NCBI RefSeq assembly: GCF_052425735.1
Contig: NC_135763.1
Span: 8,556,001 to 8,620,000, forward strand
DNA length: 64,000 bases
Reading direction: 5' to 3'
DNA from: Oculina patagonica
Lineage: Eukaryota
Each line of letters opens with the position of its first letter. Within the stretch, counting starts at the first letter, position 1. This document shows, in pieces, positions 1-11,897 of this stretch. Made by a program: the position numbers and the translations under genes. A model generated the notes under the pieces. It was given only the letters and a program-made list of their open reading frames with translations, did not search any database and was not told where the DNA came from.

Positions 1-267
1 TGACTGCTGCAGACCCTACTGCCAGCAGGGGCTGTAGTCTAACTTAGCCTGAATTTCATTTAGCTACTTAAAAAACTCATTAATAATTCATAAAGAAAAG
101 ACAAAAAAAATTAATGTTTAATGAGTGTCTTTATATCTGATAAAGACACGGCTAAACTTTACGTCCAATTTTCTAGGCCAAAATAACCCCAAATCTAAAT
201 ATTAGTGCAAGAGTGAGTTGATCTCGCCAGAAGATTTTTAAGCCGTTCAGTGTTTTTTAAGCAGTTC

Positions 268-326
268 GTGTTTTATCAAGTCTAAAACACTCGGCTGCGC
301 CTCGTGTTTTAAACTTGATAAAACAC
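268..326. repeat. Hairpin-forming inverted repeat within an interspersed repeat end
   Basis: GTGTTTTATCAAGTCTAAAACAC (268-290) is the near-perfect reverse complement (1 mismatch) of GTGTTTTAAACTTGATAAAACAC (304-326), with a 13-nt spacer. Confidence 0.7.
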
Positions 327-918
327 TGCTGCTCATTTATTAAACATTACATAAATAATTACAATGTAGAATCTGCTTTCCTACCTTATAACTTGAGTGA
401 TGGTCACATTTTGTTTTATTTGTTTAAGCTCTAAAAAACTCATTAGAAACGTTCTTTTCAAGTTCACATGACATAAACTACCAGAAACACAACTCCACCA
501 TCCATGTTTTGAAAAAGTTAAAGTAATGTTCTTTTGCTTGGGCTTCACCATCACCATCACCATCATTCCTTTTTAAGAAAGCATTTCGTGTTTAAGCGTT
601 TTAACTTTTCAATCACACTGTTTCTAGTTTGATTTGTATGTAGGTTCATTCTAATTTTTATATTTTTATATTATTTTTACATATAGTAAACAGCGCTTTA
701 GAATATTTATAGTTTTAGTGCTTTATAAATGTATAAATTATTAATTATTATTATTATTATTATTAAATTATTACCATCACCATCATCGTCATTTTTAATC
801 AATTTTAAATGTTACATAGCATTAACATTATAAAAAATTAAATAATTAAATTATATGTAAAGTAGCCAAGGACTATTTAGAGAAATACAGCAACTGTATA
901 TTATATTTTTTTGGACAG

Positions 919-1891
919 TTCTGGTGACCGTGTGTCATTGTTGTGTGTGGACAAACATCCCACCCAGCCACACCTACTTGCAGCAGGAGGTCAGGATGGT
1001 GTACTTAGTATCTGGGACATGAGGCAAGAACTGTACCCTGTAACACTACTGGAGGCACATGCCGCAGAAAGTAAGACATTCTGTTCATACCTTTTTTCTT
1101 AAGAAGTGAATTTGGTTCTTGAAAGTCCTTAAAATTTGTTGTTTTTTGTGATAAAAGTGGAACGTATGTTGGTTTGTGTTTGGTTTTTGTTTTTTTTTTT
1201 TTTCCAAAAAACTTTTCATTTTTATAGAGCATAAAGCTATTCTAAGGATTGAAATTAGGTCCGCAGTGTCAATTTAATGATAATAATGTGAACTTTGACG
1301 TTATTCCAAACTGACATTTCAGCTCATCAAGCATTCTAAAAAAAACCACCCAAGGCGCAGACTCAAAAACTTCACGTACGCTATTACTAAAGTGTAACAT
1401 ATCAATGAGTTCGCAACAAAAATAGAAACAAACCCCCAGACTTTGCATTTGATAGACAAGATATCTGCTTTAAATATTAGCGTGAACATATCTTTCAATC
1501 TGTCAATGTCTTGTTTGCCTTTTTTTCATTTTCAACAGTATGGGAGGTTAAATTTCATCCACTCAGCCCAGACAACCTATTTACATGTTCAGAAGACGGA
1601 TCTCTCTGGCGCTGGGATGGTACATCTGTGGCTGTCCAAAGCACCACAGGGTTCCCAGGTGCCAGTAAAACTCACTTTGGTGGTATTAGTAATGGTGCCG
1701 GCGTGGGTGGAGGCTATGACAACATCAGTCCTTGGCTATCAGTGGACGCAACAAAACATAAAATGGAGACATTTTCCTTACTGCCGTATAACAGACTGTC
1801 AATCAACTCACTGGACATTCAATCAAGACACTTGTTAAGTGGAAGCGACTGTGAAGCGATTTTTATTGTCAAAGATCTGGTCATTAGATGA
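919..1891 (+). CDS. NUP43: Nucleoporin Nup43 (WD40), last two coding exons 919-1070 and 1539-1891; gene begins upstream
   Basis: Spliced translation SGDRVSLLCVDKHPTQPHLLAAGGQDGVLSIWDMRQ...EAHAAE|IWEVKFHPLSPDNLFTCSEDGSLWRWD matches the Nup43 C-terminal WD repeats as I recall them. Acceptor AG at 917-918, donor GTAAGA at 1071, acceptor CAG ending 1538 (phase 1), stop TGA 1889-1891, AATAAA at 1951. Confidence 0.93.
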
Positions 1892-2607
1892 TTACCTTTG
1901 CTACTATTATTATCAATTATAATTATTAATGTTCATAGCTTTTACTACTTAATAAATAGATCACTGTACAGGTAACGTTTGCACAATTTGCAGGGATAGA
2001 AAATCTCATAGCCTCTAACTGATCATCAGTAAGGGTGGGCTGATACCAGTTTTTCAAATCGATACCATACTGGCTTATTTGTATTGATATAAATAATAAT
2101 GGACTTTGCTGGTAAGCCTCGATAAGCACCCACTAGCTGTGGTACTGTTAAATGCTGTACCAGCTGTGGTACTGTTAAATGTTGAATGTTGTTAAGTTTT
2201 AGACAACAAGTCAAATATTTCATTTATTGACAAGAACATTGATAATAATTATTGTTACTCAGGCCTTGCTCAATATAAATATCTGATGCTGACCAGAAGA
2301 CTGCAGGCTCAGGTCACATTCAGAATCGAAAGCATCAATTTTTTCCAAGATTCGCTATTTTCTTGGTATTTTCTTGATATATATTGGTATTGGATCGGCC
2401 CATCCTAAATCAATAGCCATAGCCAGAATAGACAGCAGACATTTATAATATTGATATAATCAGAGAGCAAAAGGTGCCCTTTTTGGCAAATCCCTTGTCT
2501 CCCAACACCCAAAGAGCCAGAGTCTCATCTAATAGTGCAAGTACCACAACTATTGATGTCAACATCTACAAGATTGTCATTTTTCTTGATCAAAATAGGT
2601 ACTGGTA

Positions 2608-2988
2608 TACTATATTTATTCGATTAAGCGCCCTGGGCACTTATTAGATTTTCGGACCTTGAGAGTGGGCGCTTATTCAAGGTGGGTGCTTATCAAGGCT
2701 GGGCGCTTATTAAATTTTCACCATTTTCTGCAAGTAGTTAGTTCATTTTGCAACAAAATAACAACTACTAATAAAACATGAAGATGTACCAATTGAAAGA
2801 AGAATTTTATCTGTTATTTGAACGTTTCTGAAAAATACTTAGAAAACTTGAGAAGATTCTTAGTAGTTCTGAGTCAATTTCAATCTTATTGTCACTAAGG
2901 TATACTCAGTGTGTGCACTTCAGTTTTTTTTAAGTGGGGGTGGGCACTTATTTGAAGTTGGGCGCTTAATCGAATAAATATCATGGTA
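2608..2988. mobile_element. MITE, TACCGTATTT-type TIR family
   Basis: TIRs TATTTATTCGATTAAGCGCCC / GGGCGCTTAATCGAATAAATA; internal GGGCGCTTATT sub-repeats. Confidence 0.8.
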
Positions 2989-3297
2989 TTTTTAAAAAAC
3001 TAGCCTGTGAATCTCTTAATTTGGCTGTTATAACTGTTTTAATAATTATGTAGGTAATCTATTTTCTTTATTCCATGTTATGAGCAAAAGTAGACATTTG
3101 TATAAATTTAAATATATATGCAGTAGCTTGATCATTTTCTCATTTTTTTTGTGTGCAAAAAATCAAAGTAACATTTTGAAGGCCATTGTTTATTACTCAT
3201 TACATGACATTGCAGCTACTGTTTTTATTTAGCAACTTGTTATAAAATTAGTTATTACAATAAAATGTTACCAAGAAACCCCTTTTGCTAATTAATG

Positions 3298-3478
3298 TAC
3301 AGTAGAACCCCGGTAACACGAACTCGGATAACTCGAACAATCCGGCTAACTCGAACTAACTTTCATTTCCCTTGGACCCACTTTTCAGTCATTTTTTACT
3401 TGGTTAACTAAAAAACCCCGCTAACTCGAACTGTTTTTCGTTCCCCTTCAAAGTTTGAGTTACCAAGGTTCAACTGTA
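3298..3478. mobile_element. Tc1/mariner/pogo-like MITE (TA-CAGT...ACTG-TA)
   Basis: Ends TACAGTAGAACCCCGGTAAC and GTTACCAAGGTTCAACTGTA; internal (T)AACTCGAAC repeats; TA flanks. Confidence 0.75.
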
Positions 3479-3926
3479 TTGTCTTTCTTAAAAATGAAAG
3501 TCTTTGGCAAAACTATTTTTGATCACTTTGCTGAAAGAAATAAGAATTAAGAATATTCCTTTTCTTTTTATAACCAATTGGAAAAATATGGTAAGTTTTA
3601 TTAACTAGAAATTTTCATCAAAGGATTATTCTCATCAAGTTAAAACTTATGTACTTATGTACTGTTTAATATATAATTTCAGTCTTAATTTGTATACATC
3701 CTCTTTGCACACTGAATATTGCCCTGCCACATTTTTGTAAAGGAGAATAATTCTCTCTTGTTTCATCATTTGGTGTTTGCCTGGTTTGAAAACGAATGTA
3801 AAATAAACTATTTTAGACCAAGTATTGATTGTCTAGTCTTGCAATAACTTACTTCAATGGAGGAACGAAAAGTTGGGATTAAAAAACGCTGGTATGGCAT
3901 CTCAAAACAAAATAGCTACGCACAAG

Positions 3927-4590
3927 TACCATATCTACTCGAAAAAGTGCTGCGGTGCTTTTTACATTTTTCGCCCCTCAAGTGCGGCGCCTATTTAAGG
4001 GCAGCAGCTATTTGGGGGCGGTGCTTATTTAAAATTTGGACGCCACAGAGAATCTTATCTTAACAGTAACTGAAAATATGGGCTTTTGATTGTCAGTATT
4101 CATCTCTTGCCGAAGAGAGAAGTGGTGCTAGCCGTCCTGGCAAAGTTCGCGTCCTTCACAACATTTGCAATACTACATACATATTGTAAGAATGTTGGAT
4201 AGAAAAATACAGTAAACCCCGTGTAAGAACCAGAATAGAACCCCTGCAGAAATTGCTCCTATACCCCAAAGGAAGTGGGGAACAAAACAATAACTGAACA
4301 AAAGGATGTCAGAGACAAGAAGCACGGGAAGAAAATGCCAGAAGCCCCAAAAAAAGAACCTGTGGACAAAACAGCAGGTCACACGCGGGTTTTTACTGTA
4401 TTATTATTATCATCGCTTTTGATGGAAAGAAATGTTCAAGTTTGTTTTGAAGTGCTGCTTAGTTAAACGCAGTTCTTCAAATAAGCACCCCATCAGGACT
4501 GCGGCGCTTATTCGGGGGCGGTGCTTATTAACTTTTTTGTCCCAAATGCAGCGCTTATTCGAAGCAGCGCTTATTCGAGTAAATATGGTA
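3927..4590. mobile_element. MITE, TACCGTATTT-type TIR family
   Basis: Ends TACCATATCTACTCGAAAAAGTGCTGC and GCAGCGCTTATTCGAGTAAATATGGTA; subterminal GCGGCGCTTATT repeats. Confidence 0.75.
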
Positions 4591-6437
4591 TGTCATTGTG
4601 CCCAAGCAACTGCATCTTGATACAGTTCACTCTAGATTCTCTTGTGGGCAACAGGCTATAGTAGCTATCGGAGCTAATAGAACTTTCACTACACGATAGT
4701 ATAGACTACTTTAAAATAACTTATTGAGGTCGCTATCATAATTTAGAAAACAAGCAAATTTGTTGCCCAGGTTCCTAACATGTGTTGGCTGGAACTTGCA
4801 AGGTGTTACTCTTAGTAGCTTGAAGGCTAGATCTTCCATGACTTGGCCTGAAATGGAAAAAACACTGGCTGTAAGTACAGAAGAATCATCATCTCTTGAA
4901 CCCTTGGTTTCTCAAACTTCAGATTTCTCACACTAATTTCTGTTTCCCTTGGATAGTACTTCTCGTAATTTTACCCCTGATTTCTCAAAGCAATTCTCAT
5001 TTCCCCTGGAGTTCTAGCCTGTGTTGCAGACAAACTAAGCCCCGGTGTTTTGTTCGTCTGCCATGCAGACTACTGGAATTCAAGAAAACAAGATTTGACT
5101 CAATTATTTAGTACAACGCGTTGGGATAGGATATGGCATGCGTGACTCGCTCTGAAGTCTGGTGTTAATGGTAGTCAAAAGAGCAAGACATTTCTTTGCA
5201 AATCTTAGAAGAAAAAACATGACTCTAACTAGTGTAAGTTTGCATGTTAGTAAGTGTCCTGGATTCCTTTAATTTTCCAGGGATCAGGTTCAAGGCCTGG
5301 CCATCATTAAACTTATTTTGTGTTCTCAAAAAGACACTACTGGGGGCAAATCCAGAAAATTAAAAAATGGGCAGGGGTAGGGGGGGCAGGGGCATAGCAG
5401 TTGCAGTGAAATTGCAACTCTTGCCATGACAAGGGTGCAGAGGCGTGCCTTCCTATAAAGTCTAGGTTTTAAGAGATATGGTCTTGCAATTTAGGAGCAT
5501 TTGTGACCAAAACAAAAAGGCTTATAAGGTTTTAAATTTCCCAGACAAAAGGGGCCTTGGAATGACCCTAAATTTGCCCCTGACATCTCTCAAAGTCTCT
5601 CCACATGGAACTGTATAATGTACACGTGGTTTAAAATTTTTCAAACCAGTTTGATTTTTTTCCTCCTTTGTTTCAAATTATGGTAATGAATATGAGACAA
5701 GGAAAAAAAAATCAAACTGATTTCAATTGAAAAATTTGAAACCAAATATAAATTTTAAGTACAACATATACATGTACAAGGTAGGGAGTGAAAGGTTAGC
5801 TGCAAAGATCTGCACGTAACATCCCATCTAGGGGGAGCAGCAAATCTCCCAGTTTTTTCATGTTATTGAAACCTGATTATCTCGAGTGCAATCTCAACAA
5901 CTCACGAGGCTAAAGACAACTTTTACTTAACCCTTTACTCCCTAAGAGTGCCAATTGGTACATAATGTCATAACTTGGTCAATAATTTGTCTTGGAAAGA
6001 TCTGCATTTTGAAGGCATAAAATTGTACCTTCCCCCTATTTGTGACTTGATTGACCACCCCTACAACTTTTAAAACTTTTTTGCCTGATACATTTGTGGT
6101 ATACAACATAACTGAAATTAACCACTACACTGAGAGCTGCACAATAAGATAACTTATAGTTTAGGGGTAAACCGGTAAACCTAAAATTTAAACGGAGATA
6201 AACAACTTTCTGAATATTTTTCTTTTTGAGGTTTAAACTCATTTCTTTCAAAGCTATAACATTCTTTTTATTTGCTTAAGTGTTTTATGCAATTTACTGA
6301 TCAACACCTAAAAAAGTAAAAATACAAAGTAAAATACCTGATTGTCGTTTACCTTCTCGCAATCCGCCATGTTGAAAATGTGTAACCTGGCCAAATCGGT
6401 ACTAGCGTGGCCACTAAGCTGCTAATTGAAATTGAAA

Positions 6438-6451
6438 GTTTCCATAACGAC
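6438..6451. promoter_or_regulatory. Imperfect RFX X-box upstream of the MATCAP-like ATG
   Basis: GTTTCCATAACGAC versus the GTTNCCATGGNAAC consensus, 140 bp upstream of ATG 6592. Confidence 0.35.
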
Positions 6452-6591
6452 CGTAATTACTGTAATGCTTTTATTTGCATAATGCAACATTATGGAAGTT
6501 AAAGCATCAGCTGGAGACGCTGTGAAATCCCCTTGCTGGATGTGGCCAATATAAATTTTTGTAGTACTGCAAATCACCGTCCCGTTTAGGG

Positions 6592-9500
6592 ATGCACCCC
6601 TCGGACAAGAGCGAGATGGGCAGCGAGCTCGATCTCTCGGTCAAGACGCCGGTAAAAATTTTGCGCGAAACGCCGCTAAAGTACCAATCGAGCGACCACA
6701 TAAACAATCTACAAGAAGAAAAAGAAAATTTCCTCAAGTTTGGTAAAGTGCCCCGGTTCAAGTTCGCTGGAGCCGTGGACTGGCTGGGTATAAACAAGAA
6801 AAAGGCTGAGATTCGATTTGATTTTTTTCAAGAAGCGCGTTATATTCTTGAGCGCGTGCGAGATGTTTTCGGCAGCGGTGATGTCTTTTTGGACGCGGCT
6901 TTTGGAGAGAGAATTACGCTAAGCCAAGCATCACAGACCGTCCTGCAGTATTTAAAATCGCATGGTTTGGATGGGTCGCTGAGCGTGTTTTGGACAAGTG
7001 ATCTCAACTGCAGCGGTAAGGTGTTATGGCAAGGACCGAATGTGCGATACAATCGACCCGAAGCACGGAAATTTACTCTATGGCTCAAGAAAAGCAGTGA
7101 AAACGTGTATCTTCGAGAACATGGGATAAAAAGTCTGATGGATCATGAAATTGGGACGCATTTTGTATCCTTTTTGTGTCGAGATTTCATCTAACCGGAT
7201 TTGAAAAGAAAGCTTAAGTGCCAGTAAAAATCTTTAAAGGGTATTTATGTTATATTTATTTAGCCCTACACCAGCGATAACTTTTTTATTTACATAAGAA
7301 TCATCACAGTGAGATTTATCTAATCAAATCAAAACCGTTTTCATGCTTCGACGCGGGTGGTGCTTTATACTGTTACTGTCTGTGAGCTATCGAGGTATTT
7401 TTCCGCTCAGGTATGTTAAAATTTTCTAGCAAGATATCACGAGCTAAAGTTCAAAGTTTTAGTGATGGTCGTTGTGGTTTTCAGATAACCGAAAAATTTT
7501 AAATGCGAGTTGACTTTTCTTCGACTTCTTGCCGGCTTAAATCGAAAATTTATATGTTGGGCTATAAAAACTTTAGTTTTTATTCCATCATAGATATAAA
7601 TGTGAAGCCAATTCAACAAGATAAAAATCTAGTGATGCGAGAAGATCGTTTTGTTATTTACTCTTTAATGGCCCAGCTCACAACGAGTCTCTAGTAGCTC
7701 AGTTGGTTAGAGCGATTCCCGTCGGGGACTCAGACTTTGTCCCATGCTCGTGTCATGTTGAATACTTCATCTTCATTATTTACTCTTTGTTTACATATTT
7801 CTGTTGTTTATGTAGCTGTCAGCCTTTTTGATAAGTTTCTTAATTCTGCAGGAAGGCTTCTGGATCATCATTTACACGACCAAACGAGTCTTTAAATTTC
7901 TTAGCTTCCTGGATACGTCACGTCCTTATTTCTTTTTGTTGCGTGATGTCACGCACTCATCAAGCCAACAAAGTGCGGCCATGTCGATTGCGCGATGTAG
8001 GCACTTCGATCGCGTTTCCCTCTTTGTATCAGATGCTGATTTCTCACTTTGTATTACAGGCCATAATATTTCGCGGCATTCTTCCAGTTGGTTACATATA
8101 TGCAATACCAAAACACTTATTGCTTAAATCTTGTCGATAGCTCTCTGTTGTAGCTTTCCTCAGCTGGTTAGAACGACGATTTAATTCGGTTTCTAACTTC
8201 TGTTTGTATCGGCAGATAGAAAGAAGCATAAACAATCATCATCATGATAATTAGTCCCTCGCAGCCGTTTTGGGACGTCACGCAACGCTCCCCCAGCGTT
8301 GCGTGACGTGGCTGCGAAGGAGACTACATGATAATTGGCATTTTGTGGTAACTGGTGTAAGCTTAATTAATCTCATTATAATCTTATCATGGTGTCCATA
8401 ATCACCTCCAAATCATTCCAACAGAGTGTGGTGGGTCTCTAACATTTCCGGGGTGGAAAATCGTGTTTTTGGAATGCTTGTATTTAGTGTGCCTAGAGGA
8501 TGTATTTTCACAGAAACCAAGTATCAGGAGAGGAGACCCCTTGCTACGTGTGATGATCTCTCTGCGGATGCATTTTTAAAAAGGCCTCAAATAAACAGAA
8601 ATTAAATGAAAAGATATGAATTTAGTTTGAATATAGACGACGAGCAATCCCTCTCTTTTCCTAGTCCGTCGAACATGAAGCGAAAAAAAAAAAAATAGCG
8701 CGACTGGAATAATAGCCGTGGAAAATTTGGACGCTTTTTTTTTTCGCGTCTCGCCCCACAGCCATTTCCACTCGCACTCTTATTTCGTTTTTCTACTCGC
8801 GCTCTTTTTTCACTTTACCCTTGACGGGACTGAGAATAAAGAGGGACTGCTCGCAGTCTAGTTTGAATAGGACTTCGTTCTCTGCTGGCCAGTGTCAAGT
8901 ACTTAAAAGACGGTCTGTTTTGGTACCTCTGAGGGGGTAGAAATTTTGTTCAGCCTCGCCCCACTGTATGGATTCTGATACCTTTTAGGGATGTTTTTAA
9001 ACTTTTAATAACATTTCCCCGAAGATCCCCGTCACTTTTATATATGGCATTCCCAATCCGCTCCTTGTTCAGTGTTTTATTCCCTGATCACAAAGACTGT
9101 CCGGGGGCTATCTCTTTCTAAATTAAATGCCCTTAACTTGTGATCCTCGGCATTAGCTTCGTGCCACGAATGATGGTTTGCAGCCGTGGTTCTCCAACAG
9201 GAAAAAGTTTGATTTGCGCACTCCCAGGTCTAACACAGGCAGGATCAACGAAGAAGGACTGGCGGCTATTAACACTATTTACCAGGCGCAAGTCAAGATG
9301 CTGTTTCTACCCGCACTACTATATTGTAAGTATTTTGAAAAGGGCAATGGTCACACAGTTTTGTATGAACGTGCCTTAAAAGTGTATTCGTACACTCGCC
9401 ATACTGTATAAAATAAGTGGTGTGCCTTATTTAATATTTTTAGGTCAGTATTTTCAACAGGAAATACCGGTATGGCTCTAAATTGTTGACAGGTATATCT

Positions 9501-11897
9501 ACTCCTAAATGTTTTCTTGTTTTACATTGTGGTGAATTATTAAGGGGAAAAGAATAAAGCGTTCGCTATAGAATGATGGAATGAGAAAGAAGCGCGCGCC
9601 ATCGCGATAGGCGAAGCATGTGAAAAGGCTCCCTATGTAAAAAAAAAAAAAAAAAATTGGAAAGCCAAGCGAGCCGAGAGAGATCTTTATCACCAGATCG
9701 CACTTGGCTCGCACCACTCGGCGTTTTTTTTCTCCCCATACTCCACTAAGGAGCCTCTTCACAGGTTACGATATGACGATGTCGTGTTGTTTTTTCCATT
9801 TTGAAGAAGATGCGAACATAGCACAAATATGAGAATCCGATGTGAAATGCTCCCCGAAAATTGATTCTTAACTCACAGTTTGCGGGTCTATGTTTATAGT
9901 CAAGCCGCGCAGCGCTATGAAAGCTTCCATACATTCGCTGTAAATCAGATTCTGCAAATCCTCTTACTAGCTTGTGACATCAATTTTAGAACATTTAGGA
10001 AGCTGGCTTTTAAAATCGTAGCTTCCCGTGCATTATGTTGTTCGTCGTTCTTTTTTGATTGCGCGCATTTTAGCGTGAGTTCGTTAAGGGAAACGTAGCC
10101 CCCTAACTAGAGAGTCTGGAACAAGCATAAAAACTAATTGAGAGAGAAAAAGAGAGATCATTTGGCGGTTACCGTAACGTAGTCATTTCCGTATTTCAGA
10201 TACTGCATGTATGTCGACTGAAATGTCCTTCAAGGAGCTGTTTGATCATCTGGCGATGTACATCTATGATCCAGAACAGCGTTGGAAGCAGGTTGTGCGA
10301 GCCAAGAGGTGCCTGCCGGACTGTAGCGACATAGGAGGCTGTGGATACGATCAGTGCTATTTTGAAGGTATGACGAGAATAGGCATGAAATACAGACTCG
10401 TGTTGCGTCCGCTGAGGTCAGCAAAATCGTAAAACTCTTTTAAATAAATCTTACATAGGTTCTTATATATTTTATCATCAGTATTTTTCAGCTACTTCTT
10501 CTTAAACCCTTAAGTTCCTGTGAAACATAAGTCGTCCACCAGAGATCTCCATCTTCCCCTGTCCTTGGCAAATACACAGTCTCTGTGGGCTGCCTTCCTG
10601 TCCCATGCCAGAACATGAGTTGATGAATTTACTCTCGTTGACGTTTCTGTAGCGGTTACAGTTTTTACGGGGTGGGGTTGCTGGCCCCACGCCCAACCCT
10701 CCTCCTTTACCCGGGCTTGGGACCGGCAGGGAACTGGCTGTGAGCCAGTTCCCAGGCGGAGGTTTTCAGCTAATACCTCAACTACTTCAAAGGGTTACAA
10801 CTTTCAGGGGTCGTTGTACTTTCATAGCAATGTTAAACTTATTTCTTAATATACTTTTGCGACAATTATCGCTTTTTCTATTTACTGGTTATGCCGTTTT
10901 GTGAATTTTTATTAGAGATATCCTTAATGTGAAATTTTTACAATAAAATTAATTAAAAAACTTAAAATTAAGTTAGGTAAGATGGTGAGCGTACCTCTGA
11001 AAAAACCTTACTACGCAACCTGAAGTTTATAATACAATAATGTTAAGTTGAAGTTCACAACGTCTGATCGATAGGGGTATCGAATGGTCTTTGCGAGCAT
11101 GCGAGCATTGACAAAAGTTAGCCTTGCGAGCAACGAGCACTTTTCAAAAAAGGCAACCTCCACTAAAAACCGAGCATGCGAGCACTTGTAAAAATTTGCG
11201 ACCACGAGCAAACAAGCACTCGCTAAAATTTTTCAAGCATTGCAAGCAGAAGCCTAATTTTTGATAGACCATTCATGGCCCCTATCGATAACCTTGAAAT
11301 CCTGGCAGGGATGTCCTGCCACTGTCTTTCGACCAGTCTAAATGACATTGTTAATATTGCTAGATTCGCGGATTTAAAGTAAGTCTTTAAAGAAAGGCAG
11401 TAAAATTTGTCTAAAAATTCCAATAAGTAGAACAATAGAGTGATTTTAAATCCAGCGCCCTTTCTTCTGTAGGTGCTGTCTTGATTCTACGCCAAGTCAA
11501 CGAAATCGATTTCAAGCTGTTGTACGCGGGAAAAATCTGCTGCGACGAACTGCAAAGAATCAGACGCATTGCGCGACAGGACTGCGTCAAGTTACCCCAC
11601 TTCTTAAAGGACATAGTATCTTACAAGAAAACACTTAACGAAATCGCTTTAACCAATGGACTCATACAGAAAATCAATAGACCTTTATCGTCTTGTCGAA
11701 ATACCGCTCGACCGAAACTCCGGAAAAAGAAAGCATTCGCCTCGCCGCAAGATCGAGGCTTCAGCTGTCCGGCTCAAAGATCACGGAGCAGTATCCCTTT
11801 TTCAACAGCGCGTCCGACTAGGATTTTATCTCGGCGATCCAGTATGTATAGGCGTCTGTGTACGAGTGCTGCTTCTTTCGCTCCGTTGTCATCTTAG
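6592..11897 (+). CDS. MATCAP: MATCAP/KIAA0895-like (DUF1704) tubulin tyrosine carboxypeptidase, ~444 aa; exons 6592-7164, 9157-9325, 10200-10367, 11473-11897
   Basis: Spliced product has the HEIGTH zinc motif (HEIGTHF|LRATNDGLQPW), EEGLA, ALLYYTACMSTEMSFKELF, VRAKR, YDQCYFEGAVLILR and IDFKLLYAGK, all colinear with the MATCAP family. Intron phases 0,1,1 are consistent. The start codon is uncertain, and MATCAP1 versus MATCAP2 orthology is not resolved. Confidence 0.88.
7667..7775 (+). mobile_element. Short tRNA-derived SINE fragment with target-site duplication
   Basis: A-box-like TAGCTCAGTTGGTTAGAGC; flanked by a 13-bp direct repeat TTATTTACTCTTT (7654-7666 and 7776-7788). Confidence 0.65.
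8252..8326. mobile_element. 75-bp TAG...CTA mini-MITE with 9-bp TSD
   Basis: TIR TAGTCCCTCGCAGCC / GGCTGCGAAGGAGACTA; internal palindrome ACGTCACGCAACGCT...AGCGTTGCGTGACGT; TSD CATGATAAT on both sides. A related partial copy lies at ~20110-20166. Confidence 0.8.
8634..8860. mobile_element. TAG...CTA MITE with 9-bp TSD, nested in an older repeat
   Basis: TIR TAGACGACGAGCAATCCCTCT / AGAGGGACTGCTCGCAGTCTA; TSD GTTTGAATA (8625-8633 and 8861-8869). Confidence 0.8.
10495..10762 (-). mobile_element. Non-autonomous RTE-LINE derivative (5' UTR fused to the 3' end of the ORF), 268 bp
   Basis: 10-bp TSD TTTTCAGCTA (10485-10494 and 10763-10772); (AAG)n tail. The 3' part translates AKDRGRWRSLVDDLCFTGT*, the typical RTE ORF terminus; the 5' part is a twister ribozyme core. 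Confidence 0.82.
10691..10764 (-). ncRNA. Twister ribozyme (P1-type core; 5' P1 strand lost)
   Basis: The minus strand reads AA-C-CUCC-GCC-U-[GGGAACUGGCU-CAC-AGCCAGUUCCC]-UGCCGGUCCCAAGCCCGGGUAAA-GGAG-GAGGG-UUGGGC. This matches the twister core GCCGGUCCCAAGCCCGGRUAAA...GAGGG, with P2 (CUCC/GGAG), an 11-bp P3 and P4 (CCGG/CCGG). Confidence 0.8.
11072..11284. mobile_element. MITE with TAGGGG...CCCCTA ends
   Basis: Imperfect TIR TAGGGGTATCGAATGGTCT / AGACCATTCATGGCCCCTA; TCGA on both flanks; internal GCGAGCA repeats. Confidence 0.65.

Noticed and set aside
1926-2570. Short minus-strand ORFs overlapping the NUP43 3' region
   Set aside because: No recognisable homology and no consistent splice model.
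7686-7730. tRNA-like TAGCTCAGTTGGTTAGAGC
   Set aside because: No anticodon or T arm and no cloverleaf; it is flanked by a TSD, so it is a SINE head.
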